From positions 288,001-352,000 of the forward strand of contig CAWBMV010000034.1 of the NCBI GenBank assembly GCA_963789955.1: 64,000 bases of DNA, read 5' to 3'. The notes under the pieces are model-generated. The model was not told the origin of the DNA and did no database searches. It saw only the letters and a list, made by a program, of their open reading frames with translations. Position numbers and translations under genes: made by a program. Positions 11,263 through 33,852 of the stretch are shown here, piece by piece (the first letter of the stretch is position 1; each line of letters starts with the position of its first letter). The DNA comes from an uncultured Candidatus Rokubacteria bacterium (GTDB lineage Bacteria; Methylomirabilota; Methylomirabilia; Rokubacteriales; CSP1-6).

Positions 11263-11454
11263 ATGGATTTTCTGAAGCGCGCACAGGAGTTCGTCCGAGA
11301 GGTTGTGGCGGAGTTTCGCAAGGTGACGTGGCCCAGCCGCCAGGAGCTGATCAACTCCACGGTCGTCGTGATCACGGTGACCGTGGTGGTGTCGCTCTTC
11401 CTCGGGGCCGTGGACGTCGTGCTGGCGCGGATCGTCGAAAGGATTTTGCGATGA
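11263..11454 (+). CDS. secE: Preprotein translocase subunit SecE
   Basis: EFRKVTWPSRQE followed by a single TM helix. Confidence 0.95.
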   Translation: MDFLKRAQEFVREVVAEFRKVTWPSRQELINSTVVVITVTVVVSLFLGAVDVVLARIVERILR

Positions 11455-12008
11455 GCGAGGACGCGGCGGCGGCGACCACGAACAAGCAGTGGTTCGTCGT
11501 CCACACGTATTCGGGATTCGAGAACAAGGTCAAGGAGGCGATCGAGTCGCGCGCGAAGATCTTCGGGATGTCCGAGCGGATCGCGCGCGTGCTCGTGCCG
11601 ACCGAGAAGGTGGTCGAGGTCCGCAACAAGCAGAAGCGCGAGACCGAGCAGAAGTTCTTCCCGGGCTACGTGCTGGTCGAGATGGAGCTGACGGACGACA
11701 CGTGGCACCTCGTGCGCTCGACGCCCAAGGTCACCGGGTTCGTCGGGTCGGGGTCGAAGCCGGTTGCGCTGCCGCACGACCAGGTCGACGACATCCTCCG
11801 GCAGATGGAGGCGGGCGCCGAGAAGCCCAAGCCCAAGTCGGTGTTCGCGCGCGGCGACAAGGTGCGCGTCATCGACGGACCGTTCGTCAACTTCCAGGGC
11901 GTGGTCGACGACATGAACCCCGAGCGCGGACGGATGAAGGTGGTCGTGCCGGTCTTCGGGCGGCCCACGTCCGTCGAGCTCGAGTACTACCAGGTGGAGC
12001 GGATCTGA
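11451..12008 (+). CDS. nusG: Transcription termination/antitermination factor NusG
   Basis: WFVVHTYSGFENKV, FFPGYVLVEM, KOW motif GDKVRVIDGPF. Confidence 0.97.
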   Translation: MSEDAAAATTNKQWFVVHTYSGFENKVKEAIESRAKIFGMSERIARVLVPTEKVVEVRNKQKRETEQKFFPGYVLVEMELTDDTWHLVRSTPKVTGFVGSGSKPVALPHDQVDDILRQMEAGAEKPKPKSVFARGDKVRVIDGPFVNFQGVVDDMNPERGRMKVVVPVFGRPTSVELEYYQVERI

Positions 12009-12036
12009 TGCGTGCGGCGGCGAATAGGATCTCGCG

Positions 12037-12456
12037 ATGAAGAAAGTCCAGGCGATCGTGAAGCTGCAGATCCCGGCCGGCAAGGCGAATCCGTCGCCGC
12101 CGGTGGGCCCGGCGCTCGGTCAGCACGGCGTCAACATCATGGAGTTCTGCAAGGGCTTCAACGCGCAGACCGGCGCGCAGGACGGATTGATCCTGCCGGT
12201 GGTGGTGACGATCTTCCAGGACCGGTCCTTCACGTTCATCGTGAAGACGCCGCCGGCCGCCGTGCTCTTGAAGCGCGCGGCGGGAATCGCGAAGGCGTCG
12301 GCCGTTCCGCACAAGGACAAGATCGGCAAGGTCACGCGCCAGCAGGTGCGCGACATCGCGCAGACCAAGCTCGTGGACCTCAACACGGACTCGATCGATT
12401 CCGCGATGCGGATCATCGAAGGCACCGCCCGCAGCATGGGCATCGATGTGGTCTAG
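12037..12456 (+). CDS. rplK: 50S ribosomal protein L11
   Basis: [23 protein letters not shown]. Confidence 0.98.
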   Translation: MKKVQAIVKLQIPAGKANPSPPVGPALGQHGVNIMEFCKGFNAQTGAQDGLILPVVVTIFQDRSFTFIVKTPPAAVLLKRAAGIAKASAVPHKDKIGKVTRQQVRDIAQTKLVDLNTDSIDSAMRIIEGTARSMGIDVV

Positions 12457-12483
12457 CGGGCCGCGCGACTAGAGGAGACATCC

Positions 12484-13212
12484 ATGGCGACGATCGTTCG
12501 GAGACGAGGGGGCAAGCGCTACGAGACGGCGGCGGCGAAGATCGCCCCGGACAAGCAGTACTCCCTCGATGAGGCCGTCTCCATCTTGAAGAGCATGCCG
12601 GCGGCGAAGTTCGACCAGTCGGTCGATCTGTCGTTCCGGCTGGGCGTCGATCCCAAGCACGCCGACCAGATGGTCCGCGGCGCGGTGGTGTTGCCCCACG
12701 GCATCGGCAAGACCGTACGCGTGGCCGTCTTCGCCAAGGGCGAGAAGGAGCGCGAGGCGCGCGAGGCCGGGGCGGACGTGATCGGCGCCGAGGACCTCGT
12801 CGAGCGCGTGCAGGGCGGTTGGATGGAGTTCGACACGGCGGTCGCGACGCCGGATCTCATGGGGCAGGTCGGTCGGCTCGGCAAGGTGCTGGGCCCGCGC
12901 GGGCTCATGCCGAACCCGAAGCTGGGCACCGTGACGTTCGACGTCGGCCGCGCGGTTCGCGAAGCCAAGGCCGGCAAGGTCGAGTTCCGCGTGGACAAGG
13001 CCGGGAACGTGCACACGCCGATCGGCAAGCACTCGTTCGGCGCCGACCAGCTCGCCGCCAACGGCATGGCGCTCATCGAGGCGATCGTTCGGGCGAAGCC
13101 GGCGGCGGCCAAGGGCGTCTATCTGCGGTCGCTGACCGTCTCGACGACGATGGGGCCCGGCGTCCCGGTCGACGCGGTGGCGGTGGCCAATCTGTTCAAG
13201 AAGGCAGTCTAG
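12484..13212 (+). CDS. rplA: 50S ribosomal protein L1
   Basis: [23 protein letters not shown]. Confidence 0.98.
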   Translation: MATIVRRRGGKRYETAAAKIAPDKQYSLDEAVSILKSMPAAKFDQSVDLSFRLGVDPKHADQMVRGAVVLPHGIGKTVRVAVFAKGEKEREAREAGADVIGAEDLVERVQGGWMEFDTAVATPDLMGQVGRLGKVLGPRGLMPNPKLGTVTFDVGRAVREAKAGKVEFRVDKAGNVHTPIGKHSFGADQLAANGMALIEAIVRAKPAAAKGVYLRSLTVSTTMGPGVPVDAVAVANLFKKAV

Positions 13213-13230
13213 GACGACAGGGAGCCCCAG

Positions 13231-13780
13231 GTGCCAACGCAAGAGAAGGTCGCGGCGGTCGAGGACCTGAAATCGAGGTTGGACGGCGTGAAGACCGTGG
13301 TGCTCACCGAGTACCGCGGCCTCACGGTTCAGGAGCTCAGCGAGCTGCGCAAACAGCTTCGCGCGGTATCCGCGGAATACAAGGTCGTCAAGAATCGGCT
13401 GGCGCGGCTCGCGATCAAGTCGTCCGCGCTGGAAGGGCTCGGCACGCATCTCACGGGACCGACGGCGGTCATCCTCTCGAAGCAGGATCCGGTCGCGGTC
13501 GCCAAGGCGCTGCACGCGTTCGCGCGCGCTCACCAGGCGCTGGCGATCAAGGCGGGCTACGTCGAGGGGCAGATGCTGCCGCCGCCCGGGCTCAAGGCCC
13601 TCGCCGATTTGCCGTCGCGCGAGGCGCTCCGCGCGCAGCTCGTGGGCGCGATCCAGGGCGGCCTGGCCACCCTGGTCGGGCTGATCTCGGCGCCGCATCG
13701 CGAGCTCGCGTACATCCTGCAGCAGCGCGGCGCGGCGGCGGCCGCCGAGGCCGCGGAAGACGGACGCGAAGACCGAATAG
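13231..13780 (+). CDS. rplJ: 50S ribosomal protein L10 (probable extra base near 13755; the ORF track runs on to 13827)
   Basis: EYRGLTV, YKVVKNRL, LPSRE; removing one G gives the tail AAKTDAKTE-stop at 13778-13780. Confidence 0.9.
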
Positions 13781-13903
13781 ATCGTCACGGGCGATATCAC
13801 CGGGCGCGGCGCGCGCCCGGCGAATGAGCGGAACGTAGCGGGAGACAGCGGCGCGGCATCGACGGGCTCGGCCCGGTGCCGACCCAGTACAAAGGAGATC
13901 GAG

Positions 13904-14293
13904 ATGGCGACGGTAGACGAAATCGCGGAGATGCTCGACAAGCTAACCCTGCTGGAAGCGGCCCAGCTCTCGAAGCAGCTGCAGGAAAAGTGGGGCGTGT
14001 CCGCGGCGGCGCCGATGGCGGTCGCGGCGGTTGCGGGCGCGGCCGGCGGTGGCGCGGCCGGCGCGGCGGCGGTCGAGGAGAAGACCGAGTTCGACCTCAT
14101 CCTGAACGCGGCGGGCGAGAAGAAGATCCAGGTCATCAAGGTCGTCCGCGAGCTCACGGGGCTCGGCCTCAAGGAAGCCAAGGATCTGGTGGACGGTGCG
14201 CCGAAGCCGGTGAAGGAGCGGGTCACGAAGGCCGAAGCCGACGATATGAAGAAGAAGCTCGAGGAGCAGGGCGCGACGGTGTCGATCAAGTAG
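13904..14293 (+). CDS. rplL: 50S ribosomal protein L7/L12
   Basis: [31 protein letters not shown]. Confidence 0.98.
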   Translation: MATVDEIAEMLDKLTLLEAAQLSKQLQEKWGVSAAAPMAVAAVAGAAGGGAAGAAAVEEKTEFDLILNAAGEKKIQVIKVVRELTGLGLKEAKDLVDGAPKPVKERVTKAEADDMKKKLEEQGATVSIK

Positions 14294-14405
14294 CGAGCCG
14301 GTCTCAACGGGGAAGCGCGGACGCGTACGCGGCGGCTTGAGCCGCCGCAATCCCTAGCAGGAGACCTCGGATGGGGCGGTGGTCCCGTCCGATAGAGGAG
14401 AGGGT

Positions 14406-18414
<4,009 letters not shown>

Positions 18415-18448
18415 CAATGGGAGAAGGCTTCCCAAAGGAGAATAGCGA

Positions 18449-22643
<4,195 letters not shown>

Positions 22644-22654
22644 CGGCTAAATCA

Positions 22655-22683
22655 TTGACAGAACAGGGCGTCTCGGTTATAAC
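22655..22683 (+). promoter_or_regulatory. Sigma70 promoter of the str operon
   Basis: TTGACA-N17-TATAAC upstream of rpsL. Confidence 0.85.
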
Positions 22684-22720
22684 GTTGGAGTTTTGTCGCC
22701 CTCCGGGGCGGCGGTGAGCT

Positions 22721-23101
22721 ATGCCGACTATCAATCAGCTCGTCCATAACGGTCGCGAGGCGGTACGGCGGAAGTCGAAGACGCCCGCGATGCAGGGGTG
22801 TCCGCAGAAGCGCGGCGTGTGCATACGCGTGTACACGACGACGCCGAAGAAGCCGAACTCCGCCCTCCGGAAAGTGGCGCGCGTGCGGCTGACGAACGGG
22901 CTCGAGGTCACCTCGTACATCCCGGGTGTCGGGCACAACCTCCAGGAGCACTCGATCGTGATGATCCGCGGCGGCCGCGTGAAGGATCTGCCGGGCATCC
23001 GGTATCACATCATCCGCGGCACCCTCGACACCGCGGGTGTCGCCGGCCGCAAGCAGAGCCGCTCGAAGTACGGCGCCAAGGCCACCAAGGCCGGAGCCTA
23101 G
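22721..23101 (+). CDS. rpsL: 30S ribosomal protein S12
   Basis: [20 protein letters not shown]. Confidence 0.99.
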   Translation: MPTINQLVHNGREAVRRKSKTPAMQGCPQKRGVCIRVYTTTPKKPNSALRKVARVRLTNGLEVTSYIPGVGHNLQEHSIVMIRGGRVKDLPGIRYHIIRGTLDTAGVAGRKQSRSKYGAKATKAGA

Positions 23102-23105
23102 CGCA

Positions 23106-23573
23106 ATGCGACGGGCGGGGGCCGCGAAGCGCGAGGTGTTGCCTGATCCGAAGTACGGGAGCCGACTGGTGGCGAAGTTCGTCAACATCATGATGATCTG
23201 CGGCAAGAAGTCGACGGCCGAGCAGATCATGTACGCCGCCCTGGTGTCGGTCGAGGACCGGAGCAAGCAGGACGCCCTGAAGATGTTCAAGTCGGCCATC
23301 GACAACGTGAAGCCGGCCGTCGAGGTCAAGTCTCGGCGGGTCGGCGGCTCGACTTATCAGGTGCCGGTCGAGGTGCGCCCGGATCGACGGACGTCCTTGG
23401 CCATGCGGTGGGTCATCGGGGCCGCCCGTCGGCGAGGCGAGCGGAGCATGGCGGAAAAGCTGGCCGGCGAGCTGCTCGATGCCGCCGGCAACCGGGGCAC
23501 CGCGGTGAAGAAGCGAGAAGACACGCACAAGATGGCGGAGGCCAACAAGGCGTTCGCGCATTATCGCTGGTAG
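23106..23573 (+). CDS. rpsG: 30S ribosomal protein S7
   Basis: [26 protein letters not shown]. Confidence 0.98.
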   Translation: MRRAGAAKREVLPDPKYGSRLVAKFVNIMMICGKKSTAEQIMYAALVSVEDRSKQDALKMFKSAIDNVKPAVEVKSRRVGGSTYQVPVEVRPDRRTSLAMRWVIGAARRRGERSMAEKLAGELLDAAGNRGTAVKKREDTHKMAEANKAFAHYRW

Positions 23574-23587
23574 CTAGCATCGAACAA

Positions 23588-23617
23588 AAGAGGGGGGCGC
23601 AGGCTGACCCCCCTCTT
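23588..23617. other. GC-rich stem-loop between rpsG and fusA
   Basis: AAGAGGGGGG/CCCCCCTCTT 10-bp perfect stem; no U-tract on the + strand. Confidence 0.6.
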
Positions 23618-23656
23618 CGCATGTCATAGATCGCAGAGAAAGCAGAGGATTGGGCG

Positions 23657-25768
<2,112 letters not shown>

Positions 25769-25793
25769 GAAACGACCAGTCGGAGGCCACACC

Positions 25794-26988
<1,195 letters not shown>

Positions 26989-26991
26989 CGC

Positions 26992-27312
26992 ATGGCAACC
27001 TTGGCCGCTGATCAGAAAATTCGGATTCGCTTGAAGGCGTACGATCACCAGCTGCTCGATCGGTCGGTCAAGGAGATCGTCGAGACCGTGCGCCGCACCG
27101 GCGCGCGCGTGTCGGGCCCGGTCTTGCTGCCCACGATCATCAACCGGTGGACCGTGCTGAGAAGCCCGCACGTCGACAAGACCTCGCGCGAGCAGTTCGA
27201 GATGCGAACGCACAAGCGCCTGCTCGACATCGTCGACCCGACGCCGCAGACGGTCGATTCGCTCATGAAACTCGACCTCCCAGCGGGCGTGGACGTCGAG
27301 ATCAAGCTGTAA
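26992..27312 (+). CDS. rpsJ: 30S ribosomal protein S10
   Basis: [24 protein letters not shown]. Confidence 0.98.
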   Translation: MATLAADQKIRIRLKAYDHQLLDRSVKEIVETVRRTGARVSGPVLLPTIINRWTVLRSPHVDKTSREQFEMRTHKRLLDIVDPTPQTVDSLMKLDLPAGVDVEIKL

Positions 27313-27348
27313 GGACATGACAATATCTGATCGGGGCGGCAGTTCGCG

Positions 27349-27461
27349 GCCGACAAAAGTCCCAGATGCGAGGCGCCGACGAGCGACGACTGAGGCGTGT
27401 GCCGCATACGCCGCAGGGAGGAGCGAGGAGGCAACGAAGCAGATGGGCGGTTTTCATCGGC
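27349..27461. mobile_element. MITE-like non-coding element between rpsJ and rplC
   Basis: Imperfect terminal inverted repeats GCCGACAAAAGTCCCAGATGC and GCAGATGGGCGGTTTTCATCGGC; central GGCGTGTG-CCG-CATACGCC hairpin. Confidence 0.55.
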
Positions 27462-27478
27462 GCTCTGCGGGGATAGCG

Positions 27479-28156
27479 ATGGCGCGTAAAGAAGGACTGA
27501 TCGGGCGAAAGGTCGGGATGACGCAGGTGTTTGCCGACGACGGCAGTCACGTGCCCGTGACCGTCATCGAGGCGGGGCCCTGCACCGTCATCGGGATCAA
27601 GACGGCGGAGTCGCACGGGTACGATGCGCTGCAGATCGGGTTCGGCGCGAAGAAGAAGAACGTGTCGAAGCCGGCGGCGGGCGTGTTCAAGAAGGTGAAC
27701 GTGGCCCCGATGCAGGTCGTGCGCGAGGTGCGGCTCGAGAAGACCGAGAAGCTCCAGGGCTATCAGCTCGGTCAGGCGCTCACCGTCGAGATGTTCGCGC
27801 CGGGTGAGCTGGTCGACGTCGTCGGCGTCACGAAGGGCAAGGGCTTCCAGGGCGGCGTCAGGCGCTACGGCTGGTACGGCGGCGACGCGACGCACGGCTC
27901 GATGTTCCATCGCGCGCCGGGCTCGATCGGCGCCTCGTCGGATCCCTCGCGCGTGTGGCCGGGTCATCATCTGCCCGGGCGCATGGGCGGCGACCGGCGG
28001 ACCGTGCTGAACCTCGCCGTGGTGCGCGTGATGGCCGAGCAAAATCTCGTGCTGGTGCGCGGCGCGGTGCCCGGCGCCAATGGAACTCTCGTGATGCTGC
28101 GGAAGTCGGTCAAGGCGACCAAGGCGCAGCAGCAAAAGGTCGCGGAAAAGAAATAG
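27479..28156 (+). CDS. rplC: 50S ribosomal protein L3
   Basis: [32 protein letters not shown]. Confidence 0.98.
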   Translation: MARKEGLIGRKVGMTQVFADDGSHVPVTVIEAGPCTVIGIKTAESHGYDALQIGFGAKKKNVSKPAAGVFKKVNVAPMQVVREVRLEKTEKLQGYQLGQALTVEMFAPGELVDVVGVTKGKGFQGGVRRYGWYGGDATHGSMFHRAPGSIGASSDPSRVWPGHHLPGRMGGDRRTVLNLAVVRVMAEQNLVLVRGAVPGANGTLVMLRKSVKATKAQQQKVAEKK

Positions 28157-28158
28157 CG

Positions 28159-28788
28159 ATGCCGACCGTACAGGTGCTGGACGCGAAGGGGAAGGCCACG
28201 GGCTCGGTCGAGCTGAAGGCGGACGTCTTCGGCACCGAGATCCGCGGGCCGCTCCTCCATCAGGCGGTGACCCGCGAGCTGGCCGACCGTCGCGCCGGGA
28301 CGCACGACACCAGGGGCCGCAGCGAAGTTTCGGGCGGCGGGCGCAAGCCGTGGAAGCAGAAGGGAACCGGCCGCGCGCGGCAGGGCTCTACGCGGGCCGT
28401 CCAGTGGAAGGGCGGCGGCAAGCCGTTCGGCCCGACACCGCGAAGCTACGACAAGGACATGCCGCGCGGCATGCGCCGCCAGGCGCTTCGGGCGGCGGTG
28501 GCGGCGAAGATCGCCGCCGGTGAGCTGTCCGCGGTCGAGACGCTCGACGTGCGCGACGGGAAGACGAAGTCGCTGGTCGGCCGGCTCGAGGGCCTCGGCG
28601 TCGCGGGTCAGCGGACCTTGATCGTCGTGCGCCAGCTGGACGACTCCGTGACGCGCGCGGCGCGCAACGTGCCCTGGCTGACGATCGAGACGCCGACGCA
28701 TGTGTCGGTGTACCAGCTGCTGCACGCCCATCGCGTGGTGTGCGAGCGCGCGGGGCTTCTGGCGCTCGAGGAGGCGCTGGCGCGATGA
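28159..28788 (+). CDS. rplD: 50S ribosomal protein L4
   Basis: RSEVSGGGRKPWKQKGTGRARQGS. Confidence 0.98.
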   Translation: MPTVQVLDAKGKATGSVELKADVFGTEIRGPLLHQAVTRELADRRAGTHDTRGRSEVSGGGRKPWKQKGTGRARQGSTRAVQWKGGGKPFGPTPRSYDKDMPRGMRRQALRAAVAAKIAAGELSAVETLDVRDGKTKSLVGRLEGLGVAGQRTLIVVRQLDDSVTRAARNVPWLTIETPTHVSVYQLLHAHRVVCERAGLLALEEALAR

Positions 28789-29078
28789 GCAGAACAGCGC
28801 GCGAGATCCTGATCCGTCCGCTGATGACGGAAAAGAGCATGAGGCAGAAGGAAGAGCAGAACACCGTGGCGTTCCGGGTCCGGCCCGACGCGAACAAAGT
28901 CGAGATTCGCGTGGCGGTCGAGACCGTCTTCAACGTCAAGGTGTCGTCCGTCCGTACCGCCTCCTTCGAGGGAAAGCTGAAGCGTATGGGTCGTTCCGAG
29001 GGACGGCGTGCCGACTGGAAGAAGGCGATCGTGACCCTGGCGCCCGGACACAAGATCGACCTCGTCGAGGGGGCGTAA
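28785..29078 (+). CDS. rplW: 50S ribosomal protein L23
   Basis: [23 protein letters not shown]. Confidence 0.97.
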   Translation: MSRTAREILIRPLMTEKSMRQKEEQNTVAFRVRPDANKVEIRVAVETVFNVKVSSVRTASFEGKLKRMGRSEGRRADWKKAIVTLAPGHKIDLVEGA

Positions 29079-29082
29079 GGTC

Positions 29083-29907
29083 ATGGCCATCCGGACCGTC
29101 AAGCCGACGTCGCCATCTCTCCGCTACCTGACGTACGTCACGTACGACGACATCACGAAAACCGAGCCGGAGAAGGGCCTGCTGATTCCCAAGCGGCGGA
29201 CGAACGGCCGAAACGTCTACGGGCGCATCACCGTCCGCCATCGGGGCGGCGGCGCCAAGCAGATGATTCGCCAGGTCGACTTCCGGCGCGAGAAGTACGG
29301 GATCCCCGCGCGTGTGGCGGCGATCGAGTACGACCCGAACCGCTCGGCGCGCCTGGCGCTGCTCCACTACAAGGACGGCGAGAAGCGCTACATCATTGCT
29401 CCGAATGGCATCCGCGTCGGCGACACCGTGATGTCGGGTCCGCAGGCGGATATCCTGCCGGGCAATGCGCTGCCGGTGCGCAACATCCCGGTCGGCACGC
29501 TCGTGCACAACGTCGAGCTCCAGCCGGGCCGCGGCGCGCAGCTCTGCCGCAGCGCGGGCGCGCAGGCACAGCTTCTCGCGAAGGAGGGTGACCGCGCCAC
29601 GCTCAAGCTGCCCTCGGGCGAGGTGCGGCTGGTCGCGCTCGCGTGCATGGCGACCGTCGGTCAGGTCGGCAACCTCGACCACGAGAACGTGTCGATCGGC
29701 AAGGCGGGCCGGGTCCGCTGGCGCGGTTTCCGCCCGACGGTCCGCGGCACGGTCATGAATCCGGTCGATCACCCGATGGGCGGCGGTGAGGGCAAGGGCA
29801 AGGGCAATCATCCGATGACCCCGTGGGGCAAGCCGACGAAGGGCTACAAGACTCGGCGCGGCGCCAGACCGTCGGACCGCTTCATTGTGACGCGACGGAA
29901 GAAATAG
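29083..29907 (+). CDS. rplB: 50S ribosomal protein L2
   Basis: [22 protein letters not shown]. Confidence 0.99.
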   Translation: MAIRTVKPTSPSLRYLTYVTYDDITKTEPEKGLLIPKRRTNGRNVYGRITVRHRGGGAKQMIRQVDFRREKYGIPARVAAIEYDPNRSARLALLHYKDGEKRYIIAPNGIRVGDTVMSGPQADILPGNALPVRNIPVGTLVHNVELQPGRGAQLCRSAGAQAQLLAKEGDRATLKLPSGEVRLVALACMATVGQVGNLDHENVSIGKAGRVRWRGFRPTVRGTVMNPVDHPMGGGEGKGKGNHPMTPWGKPTKGYKTRRGARPSDRFIVTRRKK

Positions 29908-29916
29908 GAGCACGCG

Positions 29917-30210
29917 ATGGGACGCTCGCTGAAGAAGGGCCCGTACATCGATGAGACGCTGTTGGCGCGGATCGAGGAGCTGAACCGCACCCGTCAGAAG
30001 AAGGTGCTCAAGACGTGGTCCCGGCGCACGACGATCCCGCCGGAGTTCGTCGGCCATACGGTCGCCGTTCACAACGGCAAGAAGTTCATCCCCGTGTACA
30101 TGACCGAGAACATGGTGGGCCACCGCCTGGGTGAGTTCGCGATGACCCGGACGTTTCGGGCACACGGAACCGCTGAAAAGGCGGCGACGTCGCCGACCGG
30201 AAAGACCTGA
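29917..30210 (+). CDS. rpsS: 30S ribosomal protein S19
   Basis: [22 protein letters not shown]. Confidence 0.98.
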   Translation: MGRSLKKGPYIDETLLARIEELNRTRQKKVLKTWSRRTTIPPEFVGHTVAVHNGKKFIPVYMTENMVGHRLGEFAMTRTFRAHGTAEKAATSPTGKT

Positions 30211-30215
30211 TCGCC

Positions 30216-30725
30216 ATGCGAACGATGGCGCGCGCCCGATTCGTCCGCGTGTCGGCCCGGAAGGCCCGGCTGGTGCTCGACCAGATCCGCGGCAAGGCGG
30301 TGGCGGAAGCGCTGGCGACGCTCGAGTACACGCCCCGCGCCGCGGCCCGGCTCGTCGAGAAGGTGCTGCGCTCGGCCGTGGCGAACGCCGAGCACAACTA
30401 CCAGGTGCGTGACCTCGACGACCTGCGCGTGGTCCAGGCCTACGCGGACGGCGGCCCGGTGCTCAAGCGCGTGCAGCCGCGCGCGATGGGCCGCGCGTTC
30501 TCGATCAAGCACCGCACGAGCCACTTGACGATCGGCGTCAGCGACGAGACGAACGGCGTCGTCGCGGTGCCCGCGCCCCCGCCCGCTCGTCCGAGCGCGC
30601 CGCCTCCGGCGCGCGAAGAGCGTCCGGCGGCGCCCGCCCGGCGCCCGACCGCTCGCCGCGGCTCGGCGCGCGGCGGCGACAAGCCGGCGGCCAGAGCCAC
30701 CCGGAAGCCGAAGGAGAAAAAGTAG
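30216..30725 (+). CDS. rplV: 50S ribosomal protein L22 with a Pro/Ala/Arg-rich C-terminal extension
   Basis: [24 protein letters not shown]. Confidence 0.97.
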   Translation: MRTMARARFVRVSARKARLVLDQIRGKAVAEALATLEYTPRAAARLVEKVLRSAVANAEHNYQVRDLDDLRVVQAYADGGPVLKRVQPRAMGRAFSIKHRTSHLTIGVSDETNGVVAVPAPPPARPSAPPPAREERPAAPARRPTARRGSARGGDKPAARATRKPKEKK

Positions 30726-30727
30726 CG

Positions 30728-31372
30728 ATGGGTCAGAAAACACATCCGATCGGCTTCCGGATCGGCGTGACGCGGACCTGGAGCTCGCGCTGGTTCGCGA
30801 CGAAGAACTACGCGAACCTCCTGCACGAGGACGTCAAGATCCGGCGCTTCATCAAGGACCAGCTCTACCACGCGGGCATCGCGAAGATCGATATCGAGCG
30901 CTCGGCCAACCGCGCGCGCATCACGATCTCGACGGCGCGCCCGGGCATCATCATCGGCCGCAAGGGTTCCGAGGTCGAGAAGCTGAAGAACGAACTACAA
31001 GTGAGGACCGGGAAGGAGATCTACCTCAACATCGAGGAGGTCATCCATCCCGAGCTCGACGCGCAGCTCGTGGCCGAGAACGTGGCGCTCCAGCTCCAGA
31101 AGCGCGTCGCGTTCCGGCGGGCGATGAAGAAGGCCGTCACGTCCGCGCTGCGCCTCGGCGCCGACGGCATCCGGATCGCGTGCGCGGGACGGCTGGGCGG
31201 CGGCGAAATCGCGCGGCGCGAGTGGTATCGCGACGGGCGGGTGCCGCTGCACACGCTCCGCGCCGACATCGACTACGGCCTGGCGACCGCGCACACGACC
31301 TACGGGACCATCGGGGTCAAGGTGTGGGTCTTCAAGGGCGAGGTGCTCCGCGCCGCGCCGGCTGACGCCTGA
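30728..31372 (+). CDS. rpsC: 30S ribosomal protein S3
   Basis: [25 protein letters not shown]. Confidence 0.98.
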   Translation: MGQKTHPIGFRIGVTRTWSSRWFATKNYANLLHEDVKIRRFIKDQLYHAGIAKIDIERSANRARITISTARPGIIIGRKGSEVEKLKNELQVRTGKEIYLNIEEVIHPELDAQLVAENVALQLQKRVAFRRAMKKAVTSALRLGADGIRIACAGRLGGGEIARREWYRDGRVPLHTLRADIDYGLATAHTTYGTIGVKVWVFKGEVLRAAPADA

Positions 31373-31384
31373 GGCGCGTTTCCC

Positions 31385-31801
31385 ATGTTGATGCCCAAGC
31401 GCGTCAAGTATCGGAAGGCCCAGCGCGGCCGGATGAAGGGGATCGCCGTCCGCGGCTCGACCCTGGCGTTCGGCGATTTCGGTCTCAAGGCTCTCGAGCC
31501 CGGCTGGGTCACCAATCGGCAGATCGAGGCCGCGCGCGTGGCGCTCACCCGGAGCCTCAAGCGCGGTGGTAAGGTCTGGATCCGCGTCTTTCCGGACAAG
31601 CCGGTCACCAAGAAGCCGGCCGAGACCCGGATGGGCAAGGGCAAGGGCAACCCGGAGGAGTGGGTGGCGGTCGTGAAGCCGGGCCGGATCCTGTACGAGA
31701 TGATCGGCGTGCCCGAGGACGTGGCGCGCGACGCCTTCCGGACCGCGGCCCAGAAGATCGGTATCACGACGAAGTTCGTCTCGCGCACGAGGGCGCTGTA
31801 G
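31385..31801 (+). CDS. rplP: 50S ribosomal protein L16
   Basis: [18 protein letters not shown]. Confidence 0.98.
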   Translation: MLMPKRVKYRKAQRGRMKGIAVRGSTLAFGDFGLKALEPGWVTNRQIEAARVALTRSLKRGGKVWIRVFPDKPVTKKPAETRMGKGKGNPEEWVAVVKPGRILYEMIGVPEDVARDAFRTAAQKIGITTKFVSRTRAL

Positions 31802-31832
31802 CGACGAGTCGAGCCCTCTAAAGGATCGAATC

Positions 31833-32033
31833 ATGAAAGCGGCGAAGTGGCGTGAGTTCTCCCAGGACGAGCTCCAGCAGAAGACGCGGGAGCTGACCGA
31901 GGAGATCTTCAATCTCAGGTTCCAGCTCTCGATGGGGGTGGCCAAGAACCCCTCGCGGCTGAGCCAGGCGAAGAAAGATCTGGCGCGGGCGAACACAGTG
32001 CTCCGCGAGAAGAAGGGCGCATCCCGTGGGTGA
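31833..32033 (+). CDS. rpmC: 50S ribosomal protein L29
   Basis: FNLRFQ..NP..KKDLARANT; operon position. Confidence 0.95.
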   Translation: MKAAKWREFSQDELQQKTRELTEEIFNLRFQLSMGVAKNPSRLSQAKKDLARANTVLREKKGASRG

Positions 32034-32274
32034 GCGAAAAAGTCGTGAAGGCGTGGTCGTGTCCGACGCGATGCAGAAGACCCGGGTGGTGCGGATCGAG
32101 CGGGTGTTCCGGCATCCGCGCTATCAGCGGGTGGTGCGGGCGTCGAAGAAGCTGAAGGCGCACGACGAGACCAACGAGAGCCGGGTGGGCGACCGGGTGC
32201 TGATCGAGGAGACCCGGCCGCTGTCGAAGGAGAAGCGCTGGCGGATCCGCAAGGTCCTCAGCCGCGTGTCCTAG
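32026..32274 (+). CDS. rpsQ: 30S ribosomal protein S17
   Basis: [26 protein letters not shown]. Confidence 0.97.
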   Translation: MGERKSREGVVVSDAMQKTRVVRIERVFRHPRYQRVVRASKKLKAHDETNESRVGDRVLIEETRPLSKEKRWRIRKVLSRVS

Positions 32275-32276
32275 CG

Positions 32277-32645
32277 ATGATCCAACCGCGCTCGATGCTC
32301 GACGTAGCCGACAACTCCGGAGCCAAGAAGGTCCAGTGCATCCGGGTGATGGGCGGCGCCAACAAGCGGTACGCCTCGCTGGGCGATACCGTCATCGTGG
32401 CCATCAAGGAAGCGACGCCGGACGGGACCGTGAAGAAGGGCGAAGTCGCCCGCGCGGTCGTGGTCCGGACGGTCAAGGAAGTGCGGCGGCGGGACGGATC
32501 GTACATCCGCTTCGACCGCAACGCGGTGGTTCTGATCAAGCCCGACGAGAATCCGGTGGGCACGCGCATCTTCGGCCCGGTGGCGCGCGAGCTGCGCGAG
32601 CGCCAGTTCACCAAGATCATCTCGCTCGCGCCCGAGGTCATTTGA
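32277..32645 (+). CDS. rplN: 50S ribosomal protein L14
   Basis: [20 protein letters not shown]. Confidence 0.98.
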   Translation: MIQPRSMLDVADNSGAKKVQCIRVMGGANKRYASLGDTVIVAIKEATPDGTVKKGEVARAVVVRTVKEVRRRDGSYIRFDRNAVVLIKPDENPVGTRIFGPVARELRERQFTKIISLAPEVI

Positions 32646-32971
32646 TGCAACACGCGCATGTGCGACGAGGCGATACGGTCGCGGTGATCGCGGGCCGGGA
32701 GCGCGGCAAGCGCGGCAAGGTGCTGCGCGTGCTGCCGATCGGCGGGCGAGTGCTCGTCGAGAAGATCAACATGATGAAGAAGCACCAGCGTCCGACGCAG
32801 AAGCTGCGGCAGGGCGGGATCATCGAGCGCGAGAGCCCGCTGGCGCTGTCGAACGTGCTGGTGGTCTGCAGCCGGTGCGACAAGCCGTCGCGCAGCGGGA
32901 TCAAGACGCTCGCCGACGGGCGCAAGCTGCGAGTCTGCAAGCGCTGCGGCGAATCGATCGACAAGGGCTGA
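32645..32971 (+). CDS. rplX: 50S ribosomal protein L24
   Basis: KOW motif [25 protein letters not shown], two CxxC motifs. Confidence 0.96.
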   Translation: MQHAHVRRGDTVAVIAGRERGKRGKVLRVLPIGGRVLVEKINMMKKHQRPTQKLRQGGIIERESPLALSNVLVVCSRCDKPSRSGIKTLADGRKLRVCKRCGESIDKG

Positions 32972-32975
32972 CACC

Positions 32976-33656
32976 ATGGCGAAAGAAACGACGGCGGCAC
33001 CGAAAGCACCCGCGGCCCAGAAGCCGGCGGCGAAGGCCCCCGCCCAGCCCCGGAAGGGCCCGGCCGCGGCGGCGGCGCCGATCGCCAAGGGCCGTCCGAA
33101 GGGCACCGGCGAGACGAAGCCGCGGCTCAAGGAGATGTACCACAAGACGGTCGTCCAGGCGGTCATGAAGGAGCGCGGGTTCTCCAACCCGTACCAGGTG
33201 CCGCGGCTGGAAAAGGTCGTCATCAACATGGGCGTCGGCGAAGGACGCGACAACGCCAAGGTGCTGGATTTCGCGACCGCCGATCTGCAGCTGATCTCCG
33301 GCCAGCGGCCGATCGTCACACGGGCCAAGAAGTCGATCGCGAACTTCAAGCTGCGCGAGGGCGTGCCGATCGGCGCGAAGGTGACCTTGCGGGGCGCTCG
33401 GATGTACGAGTTCCTCGACCGGCTCATCAACGTCGCGCTGCCGCGCGTGCGCGACTTCCGCGGCGTGCCGCCCAAGGGCTTCGACGGCCGCGGCAACTAT
33501 GCCCTCGGCCTGCGCGAGCAGCTGATCTTCCCGGAGATCGTCTACGACAAGATCGACAAGGTCCGCGGCATGGACATCAGTATCGTCACGACGGCGCGCA
33601 CGGACGAAGACGCCAAGGTGCTGCTGACGCATCTGGGTATGCCGTTCAGGGAGTAG
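32976..33656 (+). CDS. rplE: 50S ribosomal protein L5 with an Ala/Lys/Pro-rich N-terminal extension
   Basis: [24 protein letters not shown]. Confidence 0.97.
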   Translation: MAKETTAAPKAPAAQKPAAKAPAQPRKGPAAAAAPIAKGRPKGTGETKPRLKEMYHKTVVQAVMKERGFSNPYQVPRLEKVVINMGVGEGRDNAKVLDFATADLQLISGQRPIVTRAKKSIANFKLREGVPIGAKVTLRGARMYEFLDRLINVALPRVRDFRGVPPKGFDGRGNYALGLREQLIFPEIVYDKIDKVRGMDISIVTTARTDEDAKVLLTHLGMPFRE

Positions 33657-33662
33657 CTTCGT

Positions 33663-33848
33663 ATGGCCAAGACCTCTCTCATCATGAAGTCTCAGCGGAA
33701 ACCGAAATTCTCGACGCGCGCCTATTCCCGGTGCAAGCTGTGCGGCCGCCCGCGCGGCTACCTCCGGAAGTTCGAGATGTGCCGGCTCTGCTTCCGCGAG
33801 CTGGCGCTCAAGGGCGAGGTTCCGGGCATCGTGAAGGCGAGCTGGTAG
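33663..33848 (+). CDS. rpsN: 30S ribosomal protein S14 type Z
   Basis: [15 protein letters not shown]; 61 aa. Confidence 0.97.
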   Translation: MAKTSLIMKSQRKPKFSTRAYSRCKLCGRPRGYLRKFEMCRLCFRELALKGEVPGIVKASW

Positions 33849-33852
33849 GCGT

